This document shows, piece by piece, positions 37,466-46,559 of a DNA stretch of 64,000 nucleotides (within the stretch, counting starts at the first letter, position 1; each line of letters opens with the position of its first letter). The notes below the pieces were generated by a model. It did not search any database. It was not told the origin of the DNA and worked only from the letters and a program-made list of their open reading frames with translations. The translations under genes were made by a program, and so were the position numbers. Origin of the DNA: an uncultured Clostridia bacterium. Lineage in GTDB: Bacteria; Bacillota; Clostridia; Oscillospirales; Ruminococcaceae. The stretch lies in the NCBI GenBank assembly GCA_945910815.1, contig CAMDZD010000006.1, positions 10,785 through 74,784 of the forward strand, read 5' to 3'.

Positions 37466-39403
37466 CTATTTGTTTCCGGATTTTTTCAGATATTTTGACT
37501 GTTTCTTTTTCTTTTTCTTTTCATACATTATATGGTCTGCAATTGTGACAAGCTGGAAAATCTGTGAATCCTCATCGGGAATTTGTATATAGTGACCTAT
37601 ACTTGCCGTAAGTGTATATTCCTGACTGAGCCTGTCGGATTCTGCCTTTATATTTCTGTGTATTTTTTCGGTAAGAATAACGGCATCTTCTTCGGAATAT
37701 TCAGCTCCGAATACAATAAATTCATCTCCTCCGAAACGGCAGTATATTTCACCGTTTGTACAGGATTTTTTAATAGCCTCGGCAATGGCATGTATAGCGG
37801 AGTCACCTGATTTATGACCGTAATTGTCATTTATATGCTTGAGATTGTCCATATCTATGAACATCAGCATAACCGGCAGATGATTGCTTATGCAGTAGCT
37901 GAAAAGCTCGGAGGAATTGTTCTTAAAGCCGTTTCTGTTATAAATTCCTGAAAGCGTATCGACAGTATAAAGACAGTTCAGCTTTTTGACGGCATTGTCA
38001 AGACAGCCTATTTTACGGATATTTTCGAGGGAACTGCATATAGTAATGCTCCAGGTCTGAAACATTGAAGTTTTCATAGGGAAATCACTGTTCATTATTG
38101 CAAGATAGCCGAGACATCTTTCACGGAAATGCAGTGGCACAAAGTAATATATTTTGTTTCTGTCCGTACTGCTGAACATATCGGGAACAATATATTTTGA
38201 TTCAAACGATTCAAGTGACGAAAACCGTCCGTTTCTGAAAAGGCACGGGACAGTTACATTTTTCGTGTATCCTTCAACAGTAAAGTTATTATTAAGATGA
38301 AAATTATAATTATCGCTGTCATCAATATCGCTGTTCCAGTTATCGCAGAGACAGAGATAAAATTCCTCCGCCTTGATTTCATTTATAAAGGGCTTGAGCT
38401 TTTCGATATATTCCTCAAAGCTGTCGCAGTCGATAAGCTTGCAGGACATTCTGTTTATCATCGAACGGGAAACGGAATTGTTTTCAATCTTTTTATAGTT
38501 ATGCTTTTTAAAGCTTTCGGGAGTTTCGGAATTATAGCTTTCACAGCCACAGCTCTGGGTAAATCTCGGTTTCATATCAAGAATGAAACTTCTTTCATTT
38601 TTTCTGCCGTTTATATGTTCAAAAAGGAGCTTGCAGGAAAGTATTCCTGATTCCGCAAGCGGTCTCTGAACGGAAGTGAGTTCAGGGGAATAGTTTCTTG
38701 CATCATATATATTGTCGAAACCGGAAAAGCATACATCATCGGGAATTTTGATGTTGTTTTCTTCAAAGACATTCATTGCGGATAATGCCATAACATCATT
38801 TGCAGATATTACCGCATCGGGCAGGGAAAGTCCCGATTCAAGAAAGTATTCCGAAGCCTGACGACCGCTCATTGCACGGAAATCCCCGAAATATACACGT
38901 CTTTCATCAAAGGGAAGGCTGTATTTTTCAAGAACGTTCCGGAATGCCCTGTATCTCTGAACGCTTTCAGGATTATTCTGAGGGCCTGATATATAGTTGA
39001 ACGTTCTGAATTTATGGTGAACTATCAAATGTTCGACAATCTTTTTCATAGCAGATGAATTGTCTATTCCGATATGATAAAATTCCGGTATGTCACGGTC
39101 AATGCTTACAGCAGGTATTCCGGCATTTTTTATTCTTGATATTATACTGTCTGCAACGTATGACGATGAAATTGTATTTGCAAGCAGAATTGCTCCGTCA
39201 AATTCCGAAAAATCAGGTAGCGAAAATATATTATATTCTCCGGTATCGTGTTTTGAATCTTCCATAATTCCGCCGAATGCGATAAAATGTGCAAGATTGA
39301 TTCTGTGTTCACGTGCATACTTCTGAATACCCTCAAGAATACAGCTCTGATAATATTCATCGATACCCGAAACTATAACGGCAATATTTATATATTTTTC
39401 CAA
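37466..39403 (-). CDS. Diguanylate cyclase with N-terminal LacI/periplasmic-binding-protein-like sensor domain
   Basis: Start likely TTG 39403. N-terminal FDGAILL, IPAVSID, GIDNSSAM, AVISANDVMA, IPDDVCFSGFD (LacI-type ligand domain, no HTH); C-terminal DMDNLKHINDNYGHKSGD and RFGGDEF. Confidence 0.88.
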   Translation of the reverse strand: MEKYINIAVIVSGIDEYYQSCILEGIQKYAREHRINLAHFIAFGGIMEDSKHDTGEYNIFSLPDFSEFDGAILLANTISSSYVADSIISRIKNAGIPAVSIDRDIPEFYHIGIDNSSAMKKIVEHLIVHHKFRTFNYISGPQNNPESVQRYRAFRNVLEKYSLPFDERRVYFGDFRAMSGRQASEYFLESGLSLPDAVISANDVMALSAMNVFEENNIKIPDDVCFSGFDNIYDARNYSPELTSVQRPLAESGILSCKLLFEHINGRKNERSFILDMKPRFTQSCGCESYNSETPESFKKHNYKKIENNSVSRSMINRMSCKLIDCDSFEEYIEKLKPFINEIKAEEFYLCLCDNWNSDIDDSDNYNFHLNNNFTVEGYTKNVTVPCLFRNGRFSSLESFESKYIVPDMFSSTDRNKIYYFVPLHFRERCLGYLAIMNSDFPMKTSMFQTWSITICSSLENIRKIGCLDNAVKKLNCLYTVDTLSGIYNRNGFKNNSSELFSYCISNHLPVMLMFIDMDNLKHINDNYGHKSGDSAIHAIAEAIKKSCTNGEIYCRFGGDEFIVFGAEYSEEDAVILTEKIHRNIKAESDRLSQEYTLTASIGHYIQIPDEDSQIFQLVTIADHIMYEKKKKKKQSKYLKKSGNK

Positions 39404-39607
39404 CAATATCACTTCTTTCATATAAAATTAAGCCAAAACGAAAACACTCATTTAATTATAACATCTCCCGAAGTTTTTTTCAATAGTATTTCTGAAAAAT
39501 ATTTGCCGGACTTTTTAAATCCTTTATTTGCCAGTTTACAAAAAAATGCAAAATTCATAATAAATCTGTGTAAAATTATATTAGATTGCCGAATTTTTAA
39601 ACTCTTA

Positions 39608-39635
39608 TTGACAAATTCTCAAAAAATGATATACT
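39608..39635 (+). promoter_or_regulatory. Sigma-A promoter of ppa-prs
   Basis: TTGACA (39608-39613) - 16 bp - TATACT (39630-39635), with extended -10 TG. Confidence 0.65.
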
Positions 39636-39704
39636 ATTAATTATAAGGCTGTCCGTTTTTCTGATTCAGCCTGATATTTTTCATATAGAAAGAAGGATTT
39701 GATT

Positions 39705-40235
39705 TTGAATATCTGGCATAACATTGACCCGAAGCGTATTAGTCCCAATGACTTTTTTGCTGTTGTCGAAATCCCGAAGGGCAGTAAAGTCAAATATGAA
39801 CTCGACAAGGAAACAGGCTTTATAAAAATGGACAGAATTTTATACACTTCTACTCACTATCCTGCCAATTATGGTCTTATACCCCGTACATATGCTGATG
39901 ACAATGACCCTCTCGATGTACTGGTTATATGTTCCGAAGCCCTTTATCCCCATACCCTCGTAAGATGCTATCCCATAGGCGTTATAAGAATGATGGACAG
40001 CGGTAAGCACGACGACAAAATTATTGCTATCCCTTTCGATGACCCGAATTATAACACCTATACCGATATTGACGAACTCCCTAAACACGTTTTTGAAGAA
40101 ATGATTCACTTCTTCAAGGTATATAAGGAACTTGAAAACAAAACTACTGCTATTGACGAAATCGAAAACGCAGAGAGTGCAAGAAATATTATAGCCGGAG
40201 ATATAGAAAACTATATCAATAAATTCTGTAAGTAA
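39705..40235 (+). CDS. ppa: Family I soluble inorganic pyrophosphatase
   Basis: [48 protein letters not shown]. Start likely TTG 39705. Confidence 0.95.
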   Translation: MNIWHNIDPKRISPNDFFAVVEIPKGSKVKYELDKETGFIKMDRILYTSTHYPANYGLIPRTYADDNDPLDVLVICSEALYPHTLVRCYPIGVIRMMDSGKHDDKIIAIPFDDPNYNTYTDIDELPKHVFEEMIHFFKVYKELENKTTAIDEIENAESARNIIAGDIENYINKFCK

Positions 40236-40259
40236 TTATTTTTGAAAGGAATTGTCATT

Positions 40260-41402
40260 ATGACTGCAAGTGAAGTTTTATTTAATCAGGAATCAAGTGT
40301 AGCTCCCGTTGGAATCATCGCTATGGAAAGTGCAAAGGAGCTTGGCGGAAAAATTAACGATTATCTTGTCGACTGGGCTAAAAAAGGCGGAAATAGTACA
40401 GATACATTTCTTATTGAAGCTGAATGTCCCCGCTTTTCATCAGGTGACGGAAAAGGCTACATCAAATCAACTGTCAGAGGAAAGGATTTGTATATCATAG
40501 TTGATGTAGGAAACTATAACTGTAAATATAAGCTCTTTTCACGTGAAAACTGTATGTCCCCCGATGACCATTTTCAGGATTTGAAAAGAATTATTCAGGC
40601 TGCAAGCGGTAAGGCTCACAGAATTACTGTTATTATGCCTATCCTTTACGGAGGCCGTCAGCACAGAAGAAATTACCGTGAATCACTTGACTGTGCGTGG
40701 GCTTTGCAGGAACTCGAAAGAATGGGTGTTTCAAATATAATTACTTTTGATGCTCACGACCCCAGAGTACAGAACGCTGTTCCGCTTATGGGAATTGACA
40801 ACGTTATGCCGACTTATCAGGTTCTCAAAAGCGTTATAAAAAATATCAAGGATATTCAGCTTACTAAAGACAAGTTTATGATTGTCAGCCCCGATGAAGG
40901 TGCTTTGAACAGAAATATGTACTATGCATCTGTTCTCGGTGTTGAACTCGGAATGTTCTATAAGAGACGTGACTATTCAACAATAGTTGACGGCAGAAAT
41001 CCGATTGTCGCTCACGAATATCTCGGAAATCCTGTTGACGGAAAGGATATTTTCATTGCTGATGATATTATTTCCTCAGGTGAATCTATGCTTGACCTTG
41101 CATATGCCCTCAAGAAAAAGAATGCCCGCAGAATTTTTGCAAATGCTACCTATGCAATATTTACAAACGGTCTTGAAAAATTCGACAAGGCATATGCTGA
41201 CGGCTATATTGACGGTGTATTTGCTACCAACCTCACATACAGAACTCCTGAACTTCTCAGCCGTGAATGGTTCAACGAGGTTGACGTTTCAAAATATATC
41301 GCATATTTCATAGCTGCAATAAATCACGATGTTTCAATAAGCTCCGTGATTGACCCTCACGAAAAAATCAAAACTTTGCTTGAAAACTATAATAAAAAGT
41401 AA
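40260..41402 (+). CDS. prs: Ribose-phosphate pyrophosphokinase (long clostridial type)
   Basis: RFSSGDGK, STVRGKD, PILYGGRQHR, FDAHDPRVQN, VSPDEGA, KRRDY, DDIISSGES. Start refined to 40260. Confidence 0.93.
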   Translation: MTASEVLFNQESSVAPVGIIAMESAKELGGKINDYLVDWAKKGGNSTDTFLIEAECPRFSSGDGKGYIKSTVRGKDLYIIVDVGNYNCKYKLFSRENCMSPDDHFQDLKRIIQAASGKAHRITVIMPILYGGRQHRRNYRESLDCAWALQELERMGVSNIITFDAHDPRVQNAVPLMGIDNVMPTYQVLKSVIKNIKDIQLTKDKFMIVSPDEGALNRNMYYASVLGVELGMFYKRRDYSTIVDGRNPIVAHEYLGNPVDGKDIFIADDIISSGESMLDLAYALKKKNARRIFANATYAIFTNGLEKFDKAYADGYIDGVFATNLTYRTPELLSREWFNEVDVSKYIAYFIAAINHDVSISSVIDPHEKIKTLLENYNKK

Positions 41403-41407
41403 AAATC

Positions 41408-41437
41408 AGGCGGACTTGAAAAAAGTCCGCCTTTTTT
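41408..41437 (+). terminator. Intrinsic terminator after prs (possibly bidirectional)
   Basis: Stem AGGCGGACTT/AAGTCCGCCT followed by TTTTT. Confidence 0.8.
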
Positions 41438-41438
41438 A

Positions 41439-41696
41439 TCATTCTTCATAGGGGTTTTCGCCGGAAATATCTTCAAGTCCGGAAAATCTGTCCGAAACCT
41501 GCATAATTTCATTATCCTGTGTGAGTATGTTATTCTGAAGAATTTTTGCATAGTCTGTTTTAAGAACTTCGGCAATATCATCATCAACATCTCCGAGTCT
41601 GCCTGTTATGCTGAATCCGTCATCGGATTCGTCATCGGAATCATCGGGAAGTATTCCCATTATATCAATATCTCTGAAATCTTTTTCTTCTGTCAT
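41439..41696 (-). CDS. Small, highly acidic hypothetical protein
   Basis: RBS AAGGAG, 85-aa Asp/Glu-rich ORF immediately downstream of pfkA. Confidence 0.65.
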   Translation of the reverse strand: MTEEKDFRDIDIMGILPDDSDDESDDGFSITGRLGDVDDDIAEVLKTDYAKILQNNILTQDNEIMQVSDRFSGLEDISGENPYEE

Positions 41697-41714
41697 AAAA
41701 AATCTCCTTTAAGG

Positions 41715-42797
41715 TCAGTCTCCGAATGATACTCCGAGGTCTCTCGCAATAAGTACAAGCTGGTCATCGGGACTGACGAATTTTGTCTTTCCGGCAATAT
41801 CATCAAGCTTGTTTGAAGTAATCTTTGAGCCTATCTGTGCAACGGTTCTGCCGTATTTTTCTTCTGCTATGAGCTTTGCAGCGTGAACGCCGAATTTTGT
41901 GGCAAGTATTCTGTCATATGCACTCGGACTTCCTCCACGGAGCATATGTCCCGGAACGCATACTCTCGCTTCAATACCTGTATTGCTCTGAATCTGCGAT
42001 GCAATTCTGTTTGTAGCAGTAGTTATTCCCGCTTCAAGACGTTTTTTTGCACGTTCTTTTTTCTTCATTTTAGCTTCTTCCGTATCGAAAGCACCCTCTG
42101 CTACTGCAAGGATTGAGAAAGTTTTTCCGGACGCACTTCTTGCAAGGACTGCCTCGCATACCTTTTCAATATCGTATGGAATTTCCGGAATAAGAATAAT
42201 ATCCGCACCGCCTGCAACACCTGCATTGAGAGTAAGCCAGCCGGCTTTGTTTCCCATAATTTCGCAGAGGATAATTCTTGAATGGCTTGCAGCGGTAGTG
42301 TGAAGTCTGTCAATTGCATCTGTTGCGATGTCTACTGCTGTATGAAATCCGAATGTTACATCAGTTCCGTATATATCATTGTCGATAGTTTTCGGCAGTC
42401 CGATTACGTTAAGACCTTCATCGGCAAGGAGCTTTGATGTTTTATGCGTACCGTTTCCGCCGAGTGTAAGCAGACAGTCAAGCTTCTGCTTTTTATAGGT
42501 TTCTCTCATATTTTTTACTTTGTCTATATTGTCCTCGCCTATAACGGTCATCATCTTGAACGGCTGACGCTTTGTGCCGAAAATTGTACCGCCCTGTGTG
42601 AGTATGCCCGAAAAGTCGGAGGGTTTCATATCCTTGCAGAGATTGTTTATAAGACCATAATAACCGTTTGAAATTCCGACAATTTCAACGTTATCCTCTC
42701 CGAAACGTTCAAAGCAGGCTTTTGCAACGCCTCTGATAGTGGCATTAAGTCCGGGACAGTCACCGCCACTTGTTAAAATACCGATTCTTCTTTTCAT
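41715..42797 (-). CDS. pfkA: ATP-dependent 6-phosphofructokinase (group III type)
   Basis: TSGGDCPGLNATIR, LGGNGT (Gly at 104-equivalent), PKTIDND, EIMGNKAGW, GHMLRGGSPSAYDR. Confidence 0.92.
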   Translation of the reverse strand: MKRRIGILTSGGDCPGLNATIRGVAKACFERFGEDNVEIVGISNGYYGLINNLCKDMKPSDFSGILTQGGTIFGTKRQPFKMMTVIGEDNIDKVKNMRETYKKQKLDCLLTLGGNGTHKTSKLLADEGLNVIGLPKTIDNDIYGTDVTFGFHTAVDIATDAIDRLHTTAASHSRIILCEIMGNKAGWLTLNAGVAGGADIILIPEIPYDIEKVCEAVLARSASGKTFSILAVAEGAFDTEEAKMKKKERAKKRLEAGITTATNRIASQIQSNTGIEARVCVPGHMLRGGSPSAYDRILATKFGVHAAKLIAEEKYGRTVAQIGSKITSNKLDDIAGKTKFVSPDDQLVLIARDLGVSFGD

Positions 42798-42815
42798 TTT
42801 TTTTATCCTCCTTAG

Positions 42816-43454
42816 TTAAACAATGGCATTGACTATTGAGAAATAGTGGAAAACACTTCCGGCTATTACAAAAAGATGCCATATTGAATGGAAATATTTA
42901 TATTTCTTCTTGATGTAGAAGAAAACGCCTCCCGAATAGCAAAGTCCTCCGGCTATAAGGAATACTATTGAAATCATCGTACAGCTTTCAATAAGAGGCT
43001 TTATTGCAAGTATTATTCCCCAGCCCATTGCGATATAGCAGACAGTAGAAATTTTTCTGAATTTTTCCAGATTTACCGATGAAAGAACAGTTCCGATTAT
43101 TGCAGATGCCCATATAAGTCCGAATATAACCCAGCCCAGAGCTCCCTGAAGTATGCAGAGAGTTATAGGAGTATATGTTCCGGCTATCAGGAGATATATT
43201 GTGTCGTGGTCAAGAATACGGAAAACTCTCTTGGCTTTTTCATTTGTTATAGCGTGGTAGAGGGTTGACATTGTATAAAGTATTATCAGAGATGCACCGT
43301 ATACTGAAGCTGATACGACTTCCATAGCACCTCCGTGAATAGCACACAATACTATAAGCACAACGCACCCTGCAACAGAAAGCAATGCACCTATGCCGTG
43401 AGATACGGAATTGAAAATTTCCTCACCCAGTGAATACCTTTTAACGTTAGTCAT
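42816..43454 (-). CDS. Hemolysin III / PAQR family membrane protein
   Basis: EEIFNSVSHG, STLYHA, LDHDTIYLLIAGTYTP, YIAMGW, HSIWHLFV. Confidence 0.92.
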   Translation of the reverse strand: MTNVKRYSLGEEIFNSVSHGIGALLSVAGCVVLIVLCAIHGGAMEVVSASVYGASLIILYTMSTLYHAITNEKAKRVFRILDHDTIYLLIAGTYTPITLCILQGALGWVIFGLIWASAIIGTVLSSVNLEKFRKISTVCYIAMGWGIILAIKPLIESCTMISIVFLIAGGLCYSGGVFFYIKKKYKYFHSIWHLFVIAGSVFHYFSIVNAIV

Positions 43455-43456
43455 AA

Positions 43457-45697
43457 TTAATACACCTTTCTTTCTTCAGTATTTTTTTTGAAAAATTCTT
43501 CAAGCTGTTCCGGAGGCATAGGCTTTCCGTAAAGATAGCCCTGTCCGAAATTACAGCCGAGTTCCCTTAAAATTTTTGCCTGACTGGGATTTTCAATGCC
43601 CTCTGCAATAGTTTCTATTTTTTTTGATTTTGCAATTCTGATTACAGCATTGACGATTTCAAAGGCAATGGGGTCAGTTTCGATGTCAACTATAAATGAA
43701 CGGTCGAGCTTAAGCAGAGTTATCGGGAGAATCTGTATATAGCTGAGTGAAGAATAACCCGTTCCGAAGTCGTCCATAGCAAGCTTGACTCCAAGCTCAC
43801 GGATTTGGTTCATCTGCGATACTGCATAGTCAACATCACACAGTGCAAGTCTTTCAGTCAGTTCAACTTCAAGCCACTTTGCATCGAGTCCAGAAGTTAC
43901 AAGAGCCTCAAAAATATGCTCCTTGAGATTTTTCTGATAGAAGTCATCAGAAGTAAAATTGATTGACATAACTATTTCAGGGTATCCGAGTTTCTGCCAC
44001 ATAACATTCTGACGGCAACCCTCTTTGAGTACAAATTCGCTTATTTTACCTATAAGGTGGGATTTTTCCGCCACAGGCACGAATATATTCGGTGAAATCA
44101 TAGTACCATCAGGCTTAATCCACCTTATAAGAGCCTCAACTCCCATTATTGCACCGGTCTGCAAATCGATTTTAGGCTGATAAAATAATTTAAGTTCATT
44201 ATTATCGATAGCATCGGCAAGAGATTTTTCAAGCTCGGAATTGTCAATAATTTCATCGTGCATATGGCTTTCGTATGCACAGATAGTGTTTCTTGAGCCG
44301 TCACTTGATTTCAGTGCAAATTCCGCATGTTCAAGAACTTCCGTAAAATTTGCCCCGTCAGCAGGCATTCTTGAATATCCTGCCGAACAGGAAAGCGACT
44401 GAAGTGAAAATTCATTTACAGCAAGCTTATGAAAATCAACCTGAATCTGTTCCGCAGTCTTTTTGGGGAGTTCATCGTCTCCGTAGTCCTTTATAATCAT
44501 AGCGAAATTATCACCGCTTATTCTTGCAACAAATCCGCCGAGTGATATATATTTATACAAGTTTGTGGCAAAGGCTTTTAATACTTTATTGCCGTTTGAA
44601 TAACCGCATGTATCGTTTATGATATGGAACTTGTCTATATCAAGAACCATTACCCAGTATGAAAAGCCGAGTTCCTTACAGCAGTTATAATTTTCCTGAC
44701 CGATTTTTACAAGCTTGTTTCTGTTCGGAATATCGGTTACTTCATCGGTAAAGGCAAGGCGTTCAATCATAATATCCTTTTTGCGTTCGGAGGTTATATC
44801 AATAATAGCACCGCCTATTATAGGTGAGCTGTCGTTTTCATCGGCAATTGTTTTAAGTCTCATTGAATACCAGCGGTATGTATTATCTGCTGAAAGCATC
44901 TGAAGTTCAAGATTTGTAACTTCGCCGGTATAGTTTTCAGAACCATAGTTTGCGGATATATATGATGCATATGCGTTGCGGTCATTCGGGTGAATAAGCA
45001 TTTTAAGTTCGCCGAATGATATGGTACTTTTTTCATATCCGAGCATACGTTTAAATTCCTCTGAAATCTGAAAGGATTTATCCTTACGGCTCAGTATAAA
45101 GCCTATTTCGGAGAGTTCCATAGAAAGATTGTATCTCTGATTGAATTTTTCAAGTTCTTTCTGAGTTTTTTTCAGTTCCGTAAAGTTAAAGCCTGTACTC
45201 ATATAAAGGCATATATTTTTCGCCTTTTTAATCAGAGACGTACTCCACGCTATATACATTTCGTTGTTATCATTATCATTGATATGACTTTCACCAAGTT
45301 CACCATTGACAAGAAGATTTATAGTTTCACTGTCGGTATCATTTATATCAAATACCTTTTTAATCATAGCCTGATTATCAAAGTCGAGCGATTCGATTCC
45401 GAGTTCCTCACGGAGCTTTTTATTCATAAATACGGCGGAACAGTCATTTGTCCAGAGTATTATTTCAGTATTAAGTCTTTCTGTTATATCTGAAAATTCC
45501 ATAATATCAATAGTGGGATTATTTTTCTTGTAAATTGAATTTGATATTCCTGAAAGCAAAAGCATAAGAATTACTGTTATTATATATACAGATATTATTA
45601 CAGTAGCCTCGTAAGGGTGCAACCACGCATAGACCAGTACAATAAGAGTGGCAATTGCAATAATAGACACAGATATTATAATTTGTTTACGTTTCAC
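43457..45697 (-). CDS. Membrane-anchored PAS-GGDEF-EAL protein, probable c-di-GMP phosphodiesterase
   Basis: Two N-terminal TMs, PAS-like segments, degenerate SGDNF, intact EAL, ELTE, DDFGTGYSSL, KLDRSF, AEGIE and QGY motifs. Confidence 0.88.
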   Translation of the reverse strand: MKRKQIIISVSIIAIATLIVLVYAWLHPYEATVIISVYIITVILMLLLSGISNSIYKKNNPTIDIMEFSDITERLNTEIILWTNDCSAVFMNKKLREELGIESLDFDNQAMIKKVFDINDTDSETINLLVNGELGESHINDNDNNEMYIAWSTSLIKKAKNICLYMSTGFNFTELKKTQKELEKFNQRYNLSMELSEIGFILSRKDKSFQISEEFKRMLGYEKSTISFGELKMLIHPNDRNAYASYISANYGSENYTGEVTNLELQMLSADNTYRWYSMRLKTIADENDSSPIIGGAIIDITSERKKDIMIERLAFTDEVTDIPNRNKLVKIGQENYNCCKELGFSYWVMVLDIDKFHIINDTCGYSNGNKVLKAFATNLYKYISLGGFVARISGDNFAMIIKDYGDDELPKKTAEQIQVDFHKLAVNEFSLQSLSCSAGYSRMPADGANFTEVLEHAEFALKSSDGSRNTICAYESHMHDEIIDNSELEKSLADAIDNNELKLFYQPKIDLQTGAIMGVEALIRWIKPDGTMISPNIFVPVAEKSHLIGKISEFVLKEGCRQNVMWQKLGYPEIVMSINFTSDDFYQKNLKEHIFEALVTSGLDAKWLEVELTERLALCDVDYAVSQMNQIRELGVKLAMDDFGTGYSSLSYIQILPITLLKLDRSFIVDIETDPIAFEIVNAVIRIAKSKKIETIAEGIENPSQAKILRELGCNFGQGYLYGKPMPPEQLEEFFKKNTEERKVY

Positions 45698-45824
45698 CCC
45701 ATACCAACCCCCATTGTAAAATTTATATTATTATAATTATATCAAATCTATACTTAAAAGTCAATGCTTATTGTAAATTTCAGAATAATATTTCATAAAA
45801 TAAAATCAAAAACTACGGATAATT

Positions 45825-45856
45825 TTCACATAACTAACACTTTCGGGGTGTATAAT
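45825..45856 (+). promoter_or_regulatory. Promoter of the two-component operon with tandem OmpR-type half-sites
   Basis: TTCACA-N5-AACACT-N9-TATAAT with no canonical -35. Confidence 0.55.
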
Positions 45857-45878
45857 ATTTCAAAAAGGAGGTTTTTTT

Positions 45879-46559
45879 ATGAGCAGAATTTTAATTGTTG
45901 ATGATGAAATAAATATCAGAAAGGTTGTAAGAGAATATGCCGAATTTGAAGGCTATGAAGTTGAAGAAGCCGAAAACGGTATGGAAGCTGTAAGCATTGC
46001 TAAGGAAAAGGATTTCGATATTATTATTATGGACGTTATGATGCCGAGACTTGACGGATATTCCGCTGTAAAGGAAATACATAAATACAAGCAGATTCCT
46101 GTTATTATGCTGTCCGCAAGAGGTGAGGAATATGACAAGCTTTTTGGTTTTGAAATAGGTGTTGATGATTATGTTGTAAAACCCTTTTCTCCAAAGGAAC
46201 TTATGGCAAGAGTTAAAGCTGTAATAAAAAGAAATACATCTTCTTCGTCAGGTTCAAAAAATTCGGACAGATACGTTTTTGAGGGTCTTGAAATTGATAT
46301 GTCCGGCAGAGAGGTATATGTCAATGGTGTCAGGGCATCTATGACTCCCAAAGAATACGATTTGCTTTTCTATCTTGTCCGCAACAAGAATATTGCCCTT
46401 ACACGTGACAAGCTACTTGAAGAAGTATGGGGCTATGACTTTTTCGGCGATGACCGCACTGTTGATACACATATTAAAATGCTCCGCAACAGTCTCGGAG
46501 AATACCGCAAATTTATCGTTACTTTGAGAGGAATGGGATATAAATTTGAAGCAAATTAA
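45879..46559 (+). CDS. OmpR/PhoB family response regulator
   Basis: ILIVDDE, IIMDVMMP, KPF, winged helix MTPKEYDLL..VWGYDFFGDDRTVDTHIKMLR. Confidence 0.96.
   Translation: MSRILIVDDEINIRKVVREYAEFEGYEVEEAENGMEAVSIAKEKDFDIIIMDVMMPRLDGYSAVKEIHKYKQIPVIMLSARGEEYDKLFGFEIGVDDYVVKPFSPKELMARVKAVIKRNTSSSSGSKNSDRYVFEGLEIDMSGREVYVNGVRASMTPKEYDLLFYLVRNKNIALTRDKLLEEVWGYDFFGDDRTVDTHIKMLRNSLGEYRKFIVTLRGMGYKFEAN

Noticed and set aside
40535-40550. Palindrome TTTTCACGTGAAAA resembling parS (TGTTTCACGTGAAACA)
   Set aside because: Only 12/16 match, with the outer positions wrong; it lies within prs codons (LFSREN) and has no second copy.
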